A stretch of 64,000 nt of DNA from Candidatus Calditenuaceae archaeon HR02. GTDB lineage: Archaea; Thermoproteota; Nitrososphaeria_A; Caldarchaeales; Calditenuaceae. Of the stretch, positions 8,598-17,616 are shown piece after piece. Location of the stretch: contig BEHE01000003.1 in the NCBI GenBank assembly GCA_002898395.1, positions 1 to 64,000 on the forward strand, read 5' to 3'. The notes below the pieces were generated by a model. That model was not told where the DNA came from. It saw only the letters and a program-made list of their open reading frames with translations, and searched no databases. The first letter of the stretch is position 1. Each line of letters begins with the position of its first letter. Position numbers and translations under genes: made by a program.

Positions 8598-10177
8598 ACG
8601 AAAATGAAAGAAAAATACTTGTGTTAAGGTTTGTCGTAGTAGCGTTGATTTTCTTCGCGCTTGCAGGAATCGAAGGGATACTGATGAGGCTCAGAATTCT
8701 AAATCTCCTTACAGACCTCTTTGATGAGCGGCATTTCTACTCCATGATGACTGCACATCCATTCGTGGGCATCTATGGCTGGGCATACATGGCGGTCATG
8801 GGCGCATTTTACTTCTTGGTTCCCTACGTTATGAAGAGGGATGTCTACAGCAAGCGGGCCGCCTATGCGAGCTTCTGGCTAATGATCACTGGTCTGGCCA
8901 TTATATGGACGACCACATTTGCCACCCACTATGCCCCACTCTACACCCTATACTGGCCTATACCCGTCGCGGTAGAGCTGGCGGGCTGGAACCCGGCGGC
9001 AATATTCTCTTTTGGTATGGGTGTGGCGCTGGTTTTAGCTTCTGTACTGGTATTCTTCTTCAACATGTTTGCGACAATCTTCCTCCCCGCTAGGGCTGAG
9101 ATGGATGGGGGCGAAAAGGCAGGTGCTGGCTACGTCTTCAAGGAGCTCATGCTCACGGCATTCAACCTAGATAAACTCTGGGCCAAAGTGAAGGGTGTTC
9201 CACACTACACCGCAAGGGTCTTCAACTATCCAGTCTTCGTCGTCGCGGTGTTTAGAGGCTGCGTAGACACTACTCTAAACGCGTTCGTGATAGGGGGTGT
9301 TGGAGTGCTCTTAGCCCTTTTCGGTGCCTCCTACCTGTTTGTAGGCTCCTCCCCGAGCCACTCCCTGATCGACCCTCTAGTGTATAAGAACGTCTTCTGG
9401 TGGGGTCTCGACTTGATCGCCGATGGGAATGTCCTCATATTCACCGCCGGGACTTGGTATCTTCTCGTACCACTGCTTCTGAATAGGCAGCTCTACGGCG
9501 AACCCGTTGTAAGGACCGTCATTCTTGCGGACCTAGTTGTATCGCTACTTGTCTGGAACCATCACATGCTGGCAGATACGCCGCAGCCCTTGGCCCTCCA
9601 GATCCAGGGACAGATCTTCACTTGGGGAGAATTGATAACAATGGGGCTCACAATGTTCGCGGTGCTAGCTACTATCTGGAGGGCTAGGCCGGTCAAGTAC
9701 TCGGCTCCTCTCAAATTCGTCCTAGCGTCTATAACCGGGTATGCGGTGGGTGGCCTGGCTGGGATAATCCAGGCAAACTACGCCTCGAATCGGTTCTTCC
9801 ACAACACCCAGTGGGTTATCGGGATTCATGGTCATATTCAACTGCTCGTTGGACTTTCATTGACGATCTTCGCGGCAATTTATGCTCTGTTCCCGCTTCT
9901 TACGGGGAAAGCCCTCAGCGAGAGGCTCGCCGATGCCCATCTACTATTGATGGGTGTTGGAGGGGTTGTGATGGGCCTCGCTATGGGGTTGGCCGGTACA
10001 CAAGGCATGTTGAGGAGAACCCTCTATCCGATGGGCCTCGGAATATACGGGCCATACATGAGTGTGGCGCTTATCGGCGCCTTGATGATGGCCGCCGGGT
10101 TCGCCGTATTCCTAGTAAACGTCGTCAGGGCTGTTGGGCTTGGGGCGCTTGTGAAACTCTTCCTACCCCACAAATAA
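8594..10177 (+). CDS. Heme-copper oxidase superfamily subunit I, gNOR-like nitric oxide reductase
   Basis: H55, H323-H324, H412-x-H414 and the RR of GMLRR are retained; helix VI reads FWWGLDLIAD. GTGA overlap with subunit II. Confidence 0.8.
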   Translation: MNENERKILVLRFVVVALIFFALAGIEGILMRLRILNLLTDLFDERHFYSMMTAHPFVGIYGWAYMAVMGAFYFLVPYVMKRDVYSKRAAYASFWLMITGLAIIWTTTFATHYAPLYTLYWPIPVAVELAGWNPAAIFSFGMGVALVLASVLVFFFNMFATIFLPARAEMDGGEKAGAGYVFKELMLTAFNLDKLWAKVKGVPHYTARVFNYPVFVVAVFRGCVDTTLNAFVIGGVGVLLALFGASYLFVGSSPSHSLIDPLVYKNVFWWGLDLIADGNVLIFTAGTWYLLVPLLLNRQLYGEPVVRTVILADLVVSLLVWNHHMLADTPQPLALQIQGQIFTWGELITMGLTMFAVLATIWRARPVKYSAPLKFVLASITGYAVGGLAGIIQANYASNRFFHNTQWVIGIHGHIQLLVGLSLTIFAAIYALFPLLTGKALSERLADAHLLLMGVGGVVMGLAMGLAGTQGMLRRTLYPMGLGIYGPYMSVALIGALMMAAGFAVFLVNVVRAVGLGALVKLFLPHK

Positions 10178-10251
10178 CCCATCTTTGGGATGTTGCGGCT
10201 CTGTTGGATCATGAAAGATTTTTTTCTTAGACCCTCAACTAATACTCTGGT

Positions 10252-11019
10252 TTGAGCGGTGCTGTAGCGCCCTACCTCTTCGAGAGGAAGAAGGTTGAGC
10301 AAGGGTCGCCGATTATTGAGGGGCTTCCTGAGGTTGGGTTGGTGGGCACGATAGTGACGTCCTATATTGCTACAACGTTGAAGGGGGATTCGGTGGGCTA
10401 TATTGAGGTTCCAGAACTCCCACCCATAGTGACCGTGCTAGAGTCTAGGATTATGGAGCCCTGCAGGCTTTACAGGGTCTCGCTTGAGTCGCGGCAGTTG
10501 CTCTTGCTCTATTCCGACGTGCCTGTGCCGCCGAGGGGTATGTGGGGGATGGCTAACTCGATTGTAGAGATCGCGTCAACACTTAAGTCGCCAATAATAT
10601 CTGTTGGAGGGATTCCCGAGCCTGACAGGCTAGACATTGAGAAGCCCAAAGTCTATGTGCTCTCCAACGATGAGGAGTTGATGAAGATGGCTATGGCTAC
10701 CGAGTATGTCCAGAGGTTTGAGAACGGTTATCTCACGGGTGTTAAGGCCGCGATTCTGAAGAGTGCGGCTAAGAGGGATGTGAAGGTCCTCCTAGCACTT
10801 GTTCAGAGCCACATGAATTATCCCGATCCCGGCGCAGCCGCCGAAGTTATAACATTCCTAAACAGGCTGTTGGGTGCGAGTATACCGGTAGACACACTGC
10901 TGGAGCAGGCAGAGCAGCTGAAGATGCAGATGAGAGACTTGATGCGCAGGACTAGCGCAAATCTCGCGAGGATGCCGGTTGGGCTTCAGCTCGAGTCACC
11001 GCCCGGCTACATCAGGTGA
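10252..11019 (+). CDS. Proteasome assembly chaperone (PAC2) family protein
   Basis: EGLPEVGLVG and YPDPGAAA motifs. Confidence 0.85.
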   Translation: MSGAVAPYLFERKKVEQGSPIIEGLPEVGLVGTIVTSYIATTLKGDSVGYIEVPELPPIVTVLESRIMEPCRLYRVSLESRQLLLLYSDVPVPPRGMWGMANSIVEIASTLKSPIISVGGIPEPDRLDIEKPKVYVLSNDEELMKMAMATEYVQRFENGYLTGVKAAILKSAAKRDVKVLLALVQSHMNYPDPGAAAEVITFLNRLLGASIPVDTLLEQAEQLKMQMRDLMRRTSANLARMPVGLQLESPPGYIR

Positions 11020-11025
11020 TGGGAA

Positions 11026-11445
11026 GTGTACCGTCGTAGGAGAAGCATCTTTGACATAATGAGAGAGATTGAGGAGGAGTTTGAAGAGGAGGTTGAGAAC
11101 ATGCTGACGCGGTTGAAGGAGTTGGAGCTTTCAAGCCGCTGTCTCGAGCCATTCTATGAATTTCTCGAGGGGCCTGAAGAATATGTCTTGAGGGTGGATT
11201 TGCCGGGCGCCGATAGGGGAAGGCTGGAAATAAGGACGAGTGGCAGGCTCCTAAGAATCTACGCACCCTGCAACTACTCCGTCCCATATAGGGAGGGGGT
11301 CAGAACCTGTGCCACATGCTATAGGCTGGAGGTGGAGCTTCCCGCAGATGCTTCGTGGGAGGGTGCTAGACAGAGGTTCAAGGAAGGTGTTCTAGAGATG
11401 CGCTTTCCGCGGAAGGTCCGAGAATACAACATAAAGATAGAATAG
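11026..11445 (+). CDS. Small heat shock protein (Hsp20)
   Basis: VDLPG...FKEGVLEMRFPR, with a C-terminal IKIE motif. Confidence 0.88.
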   Translation: MYRRRRSIFDIMREIEEEFEEEVENMLTRLKELELSSRCLEPFYEFLEGPEEYVLRVDLPGADRGRLEIRTSGRLLRIYAPCNYSVPYREGVRTCATCYRLEVELPADASWEGARQRFKEGVLEMRFPRKVREYNIKIE

Positions 11446-11448
11446 GTG

Positions 11449-12102
11449 TCAGATATGCTCGAGGCCGAGCGTGACTAGGGCGGCGGCCACAGCCCCATTC
11501 TCTGCGTCGTGGAGACTTTCTGCGCCTGCCACTATGATGGCGTCGCCCTCCTCCGGCCTCATCTCCTCCAGTATCTTGTTGGCGAATTCGGGGTGCTCGG
11601 CCGTCACATCGCTTATACCCGGCATAAGTAGTCTATCCGAGTGATAGACAAGGGTCATAGCCCCTTTCGCGCCTGCCCTGATCGCAGCATCCCGCTGCTC
11701 CAGCCCCCTCCTCACAAGGCTGGCCCCGCCCCTGACAACTATCCCCACGCTAAACGGATAAGGCCAGGTATTTCGGATGTCGAGGAGTTGCGGCCTCCCC
11801 ATCTTGGCCGTGAGCTCAGAGTAGAGGGCCTTAGCCGCCTCAGTGAGAAAGCACCCAGCCCTATCGGTCTCCACTAGGCCCTCCGCCTTCAGCCGGGAGA
11901 GAAGGGTCCGGGCAACACCCTCTCCCAAGCCAAGGGCCTCAGCAAGCCTCTTCCTCCCCATCCCCGGACTCTCTGCTATCAGGTAGATGGCCCTCACGAC
12001 ATGGGAGTGGCTGAAGCTTGGTAGAGGCCCCGGCTGGCCCTGACTCGACGCCCTCCTGATCACTTCCAGCACTTTCAACCGTCTCTGCACGAACCAGCAC
12101 AT
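11449..12102 (-). CDS. wHTH protein, DUF4443-like
   Basis: GRKRLAEALGLGEGVARTLL helix-turn-helix; GLEQRDAAIRAGAKGA. Confidence 0.7.
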   Translation of the reverse strand: MCWFVQRRLKVLEVIRRASSQGQPGPLPSFSHSHVVRAIYLIAESPGMGRKRLAEALGLGEGVARTLLSRLKAEGLVETDRAGCFLTEAAKALYSELTAKMGRPQLLDIRNTWPYPFSVGIVVRGGASLVRRGLEQRDAAIRAGAKGAMTLVYHSDRLLMPGISDVTAEHPEFANKILEEMRPEEGDAIIVAGAESLHDAENGAVAAALVTLGLEHI

Positions 12103-12163
12103 ATCCGAAATAAATATTTGTGAACTAGTTATATCACCTGCCTTAACAGGTTATCTCCCGCGG

Positions 12164-12898
12164 TTGACTGGCGGGGAGAGCGGCGGCCTAGGCGATGATT
12201 GGGCAAGCGTGGTGAGGGCCATCGAGGCCCTAGGCCCAAAGTACCCAGCCGTGAACCGTGTAATCTCACTAGGGCTGGACCGGGCGATCAGGATCCTTGG
12301 GATTAGACTTTCCGGGGTGAGAGGTGGAAAAGTGCTGGACGCGGGAGCGGGGGATGGCTCCCTCTCAGTCTATATCCAGGAAGAGCTAGGTGGGCGGTGT
12401 GGCTTCTTAGTGATGCTCGACCCCTCAGAAAGGATGATTAGGCTGGCAATGACGAGGGTTAAGCGGCCCAGCTCAGATGCCGTGATTGGCGTGCTGGAGT
12501 ATGCGCCCTTCCGTCCGTCCTCGATCGGGTCAGTCTTCATGGCCTTTGCGCTTAGGGATGTTTTCAGCCTGCCCGACTCCCTCGAGAGGCTCGCCTCCAT
12601 ACTGAAGCCCGGTGGCGTCTTCACCGTAATAGACCTTGCCAAGCCTGACGGATCCTTAGCTAAAGCGGTGCTGAGCCTGTATTGGCGTATAGTGGCCCCA
12701 TTTCTGGTAGCCTCCGCGCTCATGAAGCTGTGGAGGGAAATCCGCATGATCTACCCCACCTATCTCCTGCTGCCTACCGAGTCTGAGCTGATCAGGAGGC
12801 TAGCCAGATACTTCAGGCTGGTTAGGGTGCGGAGGCTGCTTCTGGGAGGTGTACACATCTTGGTGCTCAGACGCCCACACGCTCAAGGAGAGGAATAG
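12164..12898 (+). CDS. UbiE/MenG-like class I SAM methyltransferase
   Basis: NRVISLGLD, VLDAGAGDG, AFALRD, LKPGG. Confidence 0.75.
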   Translation: MTGGESGGLGDDWASVVRAIEALGPKYPAVNRVISLGLDRAIRILGIRLSGVRGGKVLDAGAGDGSLSVYIQEELGGRCGFLVMLDPSERMIRLAMTRVKRPSSDAVIGVLEYAPFRPSSIGSVFMAFALRDVFSLPDSLERLASILKPGGVFTVIDLAKPDGSLAKAVLSLYWRIVAPFLVASALMKLWREIRMIYPTYLLLPTESELIRRLARYFRLVRVRRLLLGGVHILVLRRPHAQGEE

Positions 12899-12936
12899 AA
12901 ATATAGCCAGCTATGCGTGGGGCTTGACAGAGGGTC

Positions 12937-15900
12937 TTGAAGGAGACAGGGGAGATCCTGCGGGAGCTGGGGTACGATTTCTATACGCTGGTTGAGGAGC
13001 CGGTTAAGCCCGAGTTGGTGGATGTAACATTCTCCCAGCTCATCCCCCGCTTCGCCTCCTCTGGCCTCGAGATCGCGGGTAAGAGGCTCTATAGACACCA
13101 GCTCGAGGCGTACAACGCGCTTGTAGCCGGGAAGAACCTGATACTCCGGTCGGGTACTGGTTCGGGGAAGACTGAGGCATGGTTTGCCTACGCCGCTAGC
13201 CACGGAGCCAGGGTCTTGGCAGCCTACCCGACCCTCGCCCTCTCCAACGACCAGGTCAACCGTCTGAAGACGTACTGTGAAGCATTGGGTATGAGGGTGT
13301 CCATTATCGACGCGCCCACTAGGAGTAGGCTAGCTCAGAGCATGGGTATTAGGGGCCTGAGACGGGAGCTGGCATCCTCAAACATAGTCGTCACCAACCC
13401 TGCCTATCTGTTGATGGAGGTCAAGAAGTTGGGGGGTGAGAGGCCTCCCCTCCTGAGGGAGTTTCTCTCTAACCTAGACCTACTCGTGCTGGACGATATC
13501 GACTTCTACTCACCCCGCAGCCTCGCAATTCTCTTAGCGATATGTAGGATATTGAGGGAGAGGGCATCTCCCCACCTCAGATTCGCCGTCTTGACTGCGA
13601 TGCTCGAGAATCCGGAGGAGCTGGCAGAATTCCTCCAATCCATAACCGGGGTGGAGGCGGTGATTGTGAATGGCAAGCCCTTCCACCCACGGAACACTTG
13701 TTACGTGGTATTAGGCCGGAACCTCCGCGTTGTCTGGAACAGCCTCAGGGAGAGGAGGGATGAGATCCTGCGAATCGGGGCTGGAAGGGACATTGCCGCC
13801 GCCCTCGATAGCTATGACGAATTCCTCAAGAATGTTTACAAGGTCGTTGAAGCGGTCCGCGCAGCTGGCCTCGACTTGGCAGGTCTGAACCCACACCCCG
13901 ACCCGGCAGAGCTGATATCCAAGTACGCCGATGACGCCGGCTTGACCATAGTTTTCACCCAGAGCATAGCCAGGGCGGAGGAGCTGAGGAGGAGGGTGGC
14001 CGCGGAGGCTGGAGAAGGCTCGGTAGCAGCACACCACCACCTAGTGGATAAAGAGACTAGGCGGACCGTGGAGGAGAGGGCGAGGACTGGCGCCCTCAGG
14101 CTTCTCATTTCTCCGAGGACCCTCTCCCAGGGAATCGACATAGGCAATGTAGTAAGAATAGTTCATGTCGGCCTGCCCGAGAGTCTAAGGGAGTTTTTAC
14201 AGAAGGAGGGGAGGAAGGGCCGGCGGGAAGGGGTTGAATGGACCGAGTCAGTAATCATCCCCAGCTCGTCTTGGGACTACAACCTCCTCAAGAGGGGTAC
14301 TGACGCGCTCGTCAAGTGGGTCTCCATCAGCCGCGAGCGCGTAGTCGTAAACCCCAGCAACAAGTACATCACATTAGTCGAGGCCCTCTTTAAAGCTACA
14401 CGGCCCGGAGGGGTGAGAAGCCTCACGCCAGAGGAGTCAAAACTGCTCACGAGCCTTGGAATGCTCCGGGAATATGTCTTGACGAGCGTCGGAAAGAGGG
14501 CTTGGATGAGGCTAAACTTCTACGAGTTCGCACCGAGCCTTGGTGTTAAGAGGATCAGGCGAAGGAGAGACGGCTCCGAGCAGTATCTCGAGGATATATC
14601 GCACGTGGACCTCGTTGAGAGGTTCCAGGTCGGCTGTATAGACTACACGTCAGACGGCATGGTCACTAGGCATGCGCGGAGCAGCGAGACGGGCAGGCTT
14701 GTCACCTCAGTGGTGGTCGAGGACATCTCGGAGCAGGTCCTGAGGAGGTATGAGCCGCTTGCGCTAGCGCTTGAAGAGTATGAGGCCGTTAAGAGGAGGT
14801 GGGGGGAGGAGTCTTCGATCGCTTCAGACTACTACGCGGGGCGCCTCCACACCGAAGTAGACTGCCTAGTAAAGCCTCCGGAGGGCTTCGGGCTATACGT
14901 CAAGCTACCAAACCACATAAACTGGATACTCCGGAGCACGACGCTAGACGTCTTCGTCGTTGACGGGAGGACGATAGTATCGCCTAGGCGCCGAGTCCTC
15001 CCAGTCCCCACGCCTACTGATGGTGTCTACACAGACTACACCTACGGCACATTAGTCGAGGCAGATCCGACGGACGACCCCTCTATGCTGAGGCTAGGTA
15101 TGGCGCTAACCGAGATAGTGATGAGGAGGAAGCTAGGGATACCGTTTGAGACGATAAAGTATGACGTTATAGTTGTCGGTGACCGGAAGTTTGTCTCGAT
15201 TCATGAGCCAGAGTCTGCGGGGCTTCTCGAGAAGCTTGACTGGCTGGAGCTTAGGAGGCTGGTTGAGGGGTATACCCCGGACGAACTAGACGAGTGTCTG
15301 CTAGAGGCCATAAACGAGATGGCTTATGCGGCCCTGATGAGCAGGGGCTTTGACTGGACACCAGCCAAACACTACGCCTCAAAGATCCTCGAGAGACTTG
15401 TCCTTAGGGAGAGGCTCAGACTCCAGCTCCCAGTCGGAGAGGTCTCGGTACCCCGACCCAGCAGGGCTCTCAAAAAATGCGTCGTCTCAGGAAACTATTA
15501 CGCGCTAGACGACTCATCATTCTTCCTAGTCTACTGCATCGGAGTCTTCGACGGCGAGTCTGTCAGGGGCTCGGCAGGGCTTAAGACGCCGGAGGGCCCG
15601 GACAACGCCTACATAGAGGCCTCCTCCATAATCTCAGGCCTCCTCGACTCTGGCTTCAACCTGCTAGTATACGACTCGCAAGAGTTCCTAGTCATGCTCG
15701 AACGGCTAGGCATGCGCTCACTAAAAGCCAAGCTGATGGGCGCCTCATCTCTAGGTCTTGTCGAGGATGTCTCTGAAAGATTTACACGGGTCTTTGGAGA
15801 GCGGCTCCCGCTCACCGAGGCATGCCGGGCCCTCGGGCTTGAGAAGACGGCCCAGCCAATAGAAGTTGCGGCAACCGCCTCGAAGGCTGATGCGAAACCC

Positions 15901-16074
15901 TCAAACCCCTACTGGCTCAGAGAGGCGCTTGAAAAGATCGGGCCAGAGTTAGAGCGGGTGACTGGCGAGGATCTTCGCACAATCTACATGCTGGGACTAG
16001 TGCTAGAGGAGCTTGAGAAGGGTGTCAGGGGTGTTCAGGCCTCTGGAGTGTCATATCAGAAAGGGCCTCCATGA
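12937..16074 (+). CDS. SF2 helicase, YprA/Hrq1/SftH-related, 1045 aa
   Basis: Q motif LYRHQ, SGTGSGKT, YPTLALSNDQ, LDDID, TLSQGIDIG, QKEGRKGR. Confidence 0.85.
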   Translation: MKETGEILRELGYDFYTLVEEPVKPELVDVTFSQLIPRFASSGLEIAGKRLYRHQLEAYNALVAGKNLILRSGTGSGKTEAWFAYAASHGARVLAAYPTLALSNDQVNRLKTYCEALGMRVSIIDAPTRSRLAQSMGIRGLRRELASSNIVVTNPAYLLMEVKKLGGERPPLLREFLSNLDLLVLDDIDFYSPRSLAILLAICRILRERASPHLRFAVLTAMLENPEELAEFLQSITGVEAVIVNGKPFHPRNTCYVVLGRNLRVVWNSLRERRDEILRIGAGRDIAAALDSYDEFLKNVYKVVEAVRAAGLDLAGLNPHPDPAELISKYADDAGLTIVFTQSIARAEELRRRVAAEAGEGSVAAHHHLVDKETRRTVEERARTGALRLLISPRTLSQGIDIGNVVRIVHVGLPESLREFLQKEGRKGRREGVEWTESVIIPSSSWDYNLLKRGTDALVKWVSISRERVVVNPSNKYITLVEALFKATRPGGVRSLTPEESKLLTSLGMLREYVLTSVGKRAWMRLNFYEFAPSLGVKRIRRRRDGSEQYLEDISHVDLVERFQVGCIDYTSDGMVTRHARSSETGRLVTSVVVEDISEQVLRRYEPLALALEEYEAVKRRWGEESSIASDYYAGRLHTEVDCLVKPPEGFGLYVKLPNHINWILRSTTLDVFVVDGRTIVSPRRRVLPVPTPTDGVYTDYTYGTLVEADPTDDPSMLRLGMALTEIVMRRKLGIPFETIKYDVIVVGDRKFVSIHEPESAGLLEKLDWLELRRLVEGYTPDELDECLLEAINEMAYAALMSRGFDWTPAKHYASKILERLVLRERLRLQLPVGEVSVPRPSRALKKCVVSGNYYALDDSSFFLVYCIGVFDGESVRGSAGLKTPEGPDNAYIEASSIISGLLDSGFNLLVYDSQEFLVMLERLGMRSLKAKLMGASSLGLVEDVSERFTRVFGERLPLTEACRALGLEKTAQPIEVAATASKADAKPSNPYWLREALEKIGPELERVTGEDLRTIYMLGLVLEELEKGVRGVQASGVSYQKGPP

Positions 16075-16471
16075 CGCTGGCGATGTAGCTATCTACCCTA
16101 TCCGGAGAGATGCCCGCGCGTTTTAGCTCTTCCTTGATGTATCGTTCAACGAGCCTATAGTTCTTGAAGAGTTCGTTTATGCTCCTCCACTTCACGTCCT
16201 TGAGGGCCTTGCCTATCTCCTCGTCATAGGGCAGCAGGCCTTTAATCATCATGAAGGCGAGGATCGGGTAACCTATGTAGTTCCTGAACCGTGTTCCGTT
16301 GTCGTCGGAGTCCGCCAAACCACGTGCAGTGTCGAGAAAGACCCTATAGGTCCTGTCACCCTCTGAGGCCCTAACCTCCGCCTCAGACTCACCCAGCACT
16401 CGGACCCTATCACCCGCAACGGCGCCGACAGCCTCGAGTACCTTCACACGCGGAGGAGTTGAAAGCTGCAT
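16025..16471 (-). CDS. Conserved hypothetical protein
   Basis: PPRVKVLEA...SDDNGTRFRNYIGYP pattern; TATA-like sequence upstream. Confidence 0.7.
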   Translation of the reverse strand: MQLSTPPRVKVLEAVGAVAGDRVRVLGESEAEVRASEGDRTYRVFLDTARGLADSDDNGTRFRNYIGYPILAFMMIKGLLPYDEEIGKALKDVKWRSINELFKNYRLVERYIKEELKRAGISPDRVDSYIASVMEALSDMTLQRPEHP

Positions 16472-16536
16472 CGTAATCAGTTGAATTAAGTGCCTAAAAA
16501 ATCTTAGACCAGGCGCAACAGCTAGCCCTATATCAC

Positions 16537-17616
16537 ATGACGCATAATCTGAAACGTATGCCCGCGGGCGCAGGTATGAGCCCCCGCTTCAGCCACGAAG
16601 ACCTATTCAACTTCAGCCGCGACTGCCTCCTCAAGATGGGTGTTCCTCTACCGGACGCAGAGCTTGTGGCAGACCACCTTGTCTTAGCAAATCTTCGGGG
16701 TGTCGACTCTCATGGAGTGATAAGGCTACCATACTACGTGGAGGGTCTGGAGAAGGGGTATCTCAACGCGCGGTGCAATGTGAGGGTGCTGCGGCAAGGG
16801 CCTACCTGGGCCCTCATAGACTGTGGCATGGGTCTCGGAATAGTGGGAGCGGTGAAGGTCTCAGAGATTGCTTTGGAGAAGTCTCTCAACGCCGGCGTGG
16901 CTGTAGCAGGTGCAGTGTGTCTAGGACATGTGGGTATGCTGGCCTACTACACCTTGAGGGTTGCGGAAAAGGGGCTCATCAGCCTGGCTCTGGCCAACGG
17001 TGTGGCCGAGATGCCGCCATGGGGCGGTGTCGGCAGAGTCTTCGGGACCAATCCGATAAGTATAGGGGTGCCTAGAAGCGGGTCAGCCCCCATACTCGTA
17101 GACATGGCCACCTCAGCGATAGCCAAGTTCAAGGTCCACCTAGCGGCTAGCCAGGGGCAGCAGCTACCGGAGGGCGTTGCACTAGACAGTGAAGGTAGGC
17201 CGACCAGAGACCCTGTAGAGGCCCTCAAGGGCTATCTCCTACCCTTCGGCGGCTACAAGGGATACTCACTGGCACTATTCGTAGAAGTGATGGCCTCTGC
17301 ACTCATCGGGGCGCCAAGCAGCGTTGAGGTTAGGAATCACCCATCCCAGCAAGGCGGGTTCTTCATAACCGTCATAAACCCCGAGGTCTTCGGTGACAAA
17401 AAACAGTTCCTATCACGTATCGAGGCCCTGGTCTCCAACGTAAAGTCCGTGAGGCCTGCGGAGGGTGTTGAGGAGATAATGCTGCCCGGAGAGCCTGAGG
17501 AGAGGTCCATGAAGGAGAGGCTGAAGAAAGGCATCCCAATAGATCCCAACACCCTCCAGAGGTTGAGGGAGTTAGGGGAGCGTCTCAGCGTCTCCTTCCC
17601 AGAGCCCCTAGGCTAG
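16537..17616 (+). CDS. Type 2 malate/L-lactate dehydrogenase family oxidoreductase
   Basis: RGVDSHG, HVG, GTNPISIG, DMATS, GGYKG. Confidence 0.9.
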   Translation: MTHNLKRMPAGAGMSPRFSHEDLFNFSRDCLLKMGVPLPDAELVADHLVLANLRGVDSHGVIRLPYYVEGLEKGYLNARCNVRVLRQGPTWALIDCGMGLGIVGAVKVSEIALEKSLNAGVAVAGAVCLGHVGMLAYYTLRVAEKGLISLALANGVAEMPPWGGVGRVFGTNPISIGVPRSGSAPILVDMATSAIAKFKVHLAASQGQQLPEGVALDSEGRPTRDPVEALKGYLLPFGGYKGYSLALFVEVMASALIGAPSSVEVRNHPSQQGGFFITVINPEVFGDKKQFLSRIEALVSNVKSVRPAEGVEEIMLPGEPEERSMKERLKKGIPIDPNTLQRLRELGERLSVSFPEPLG

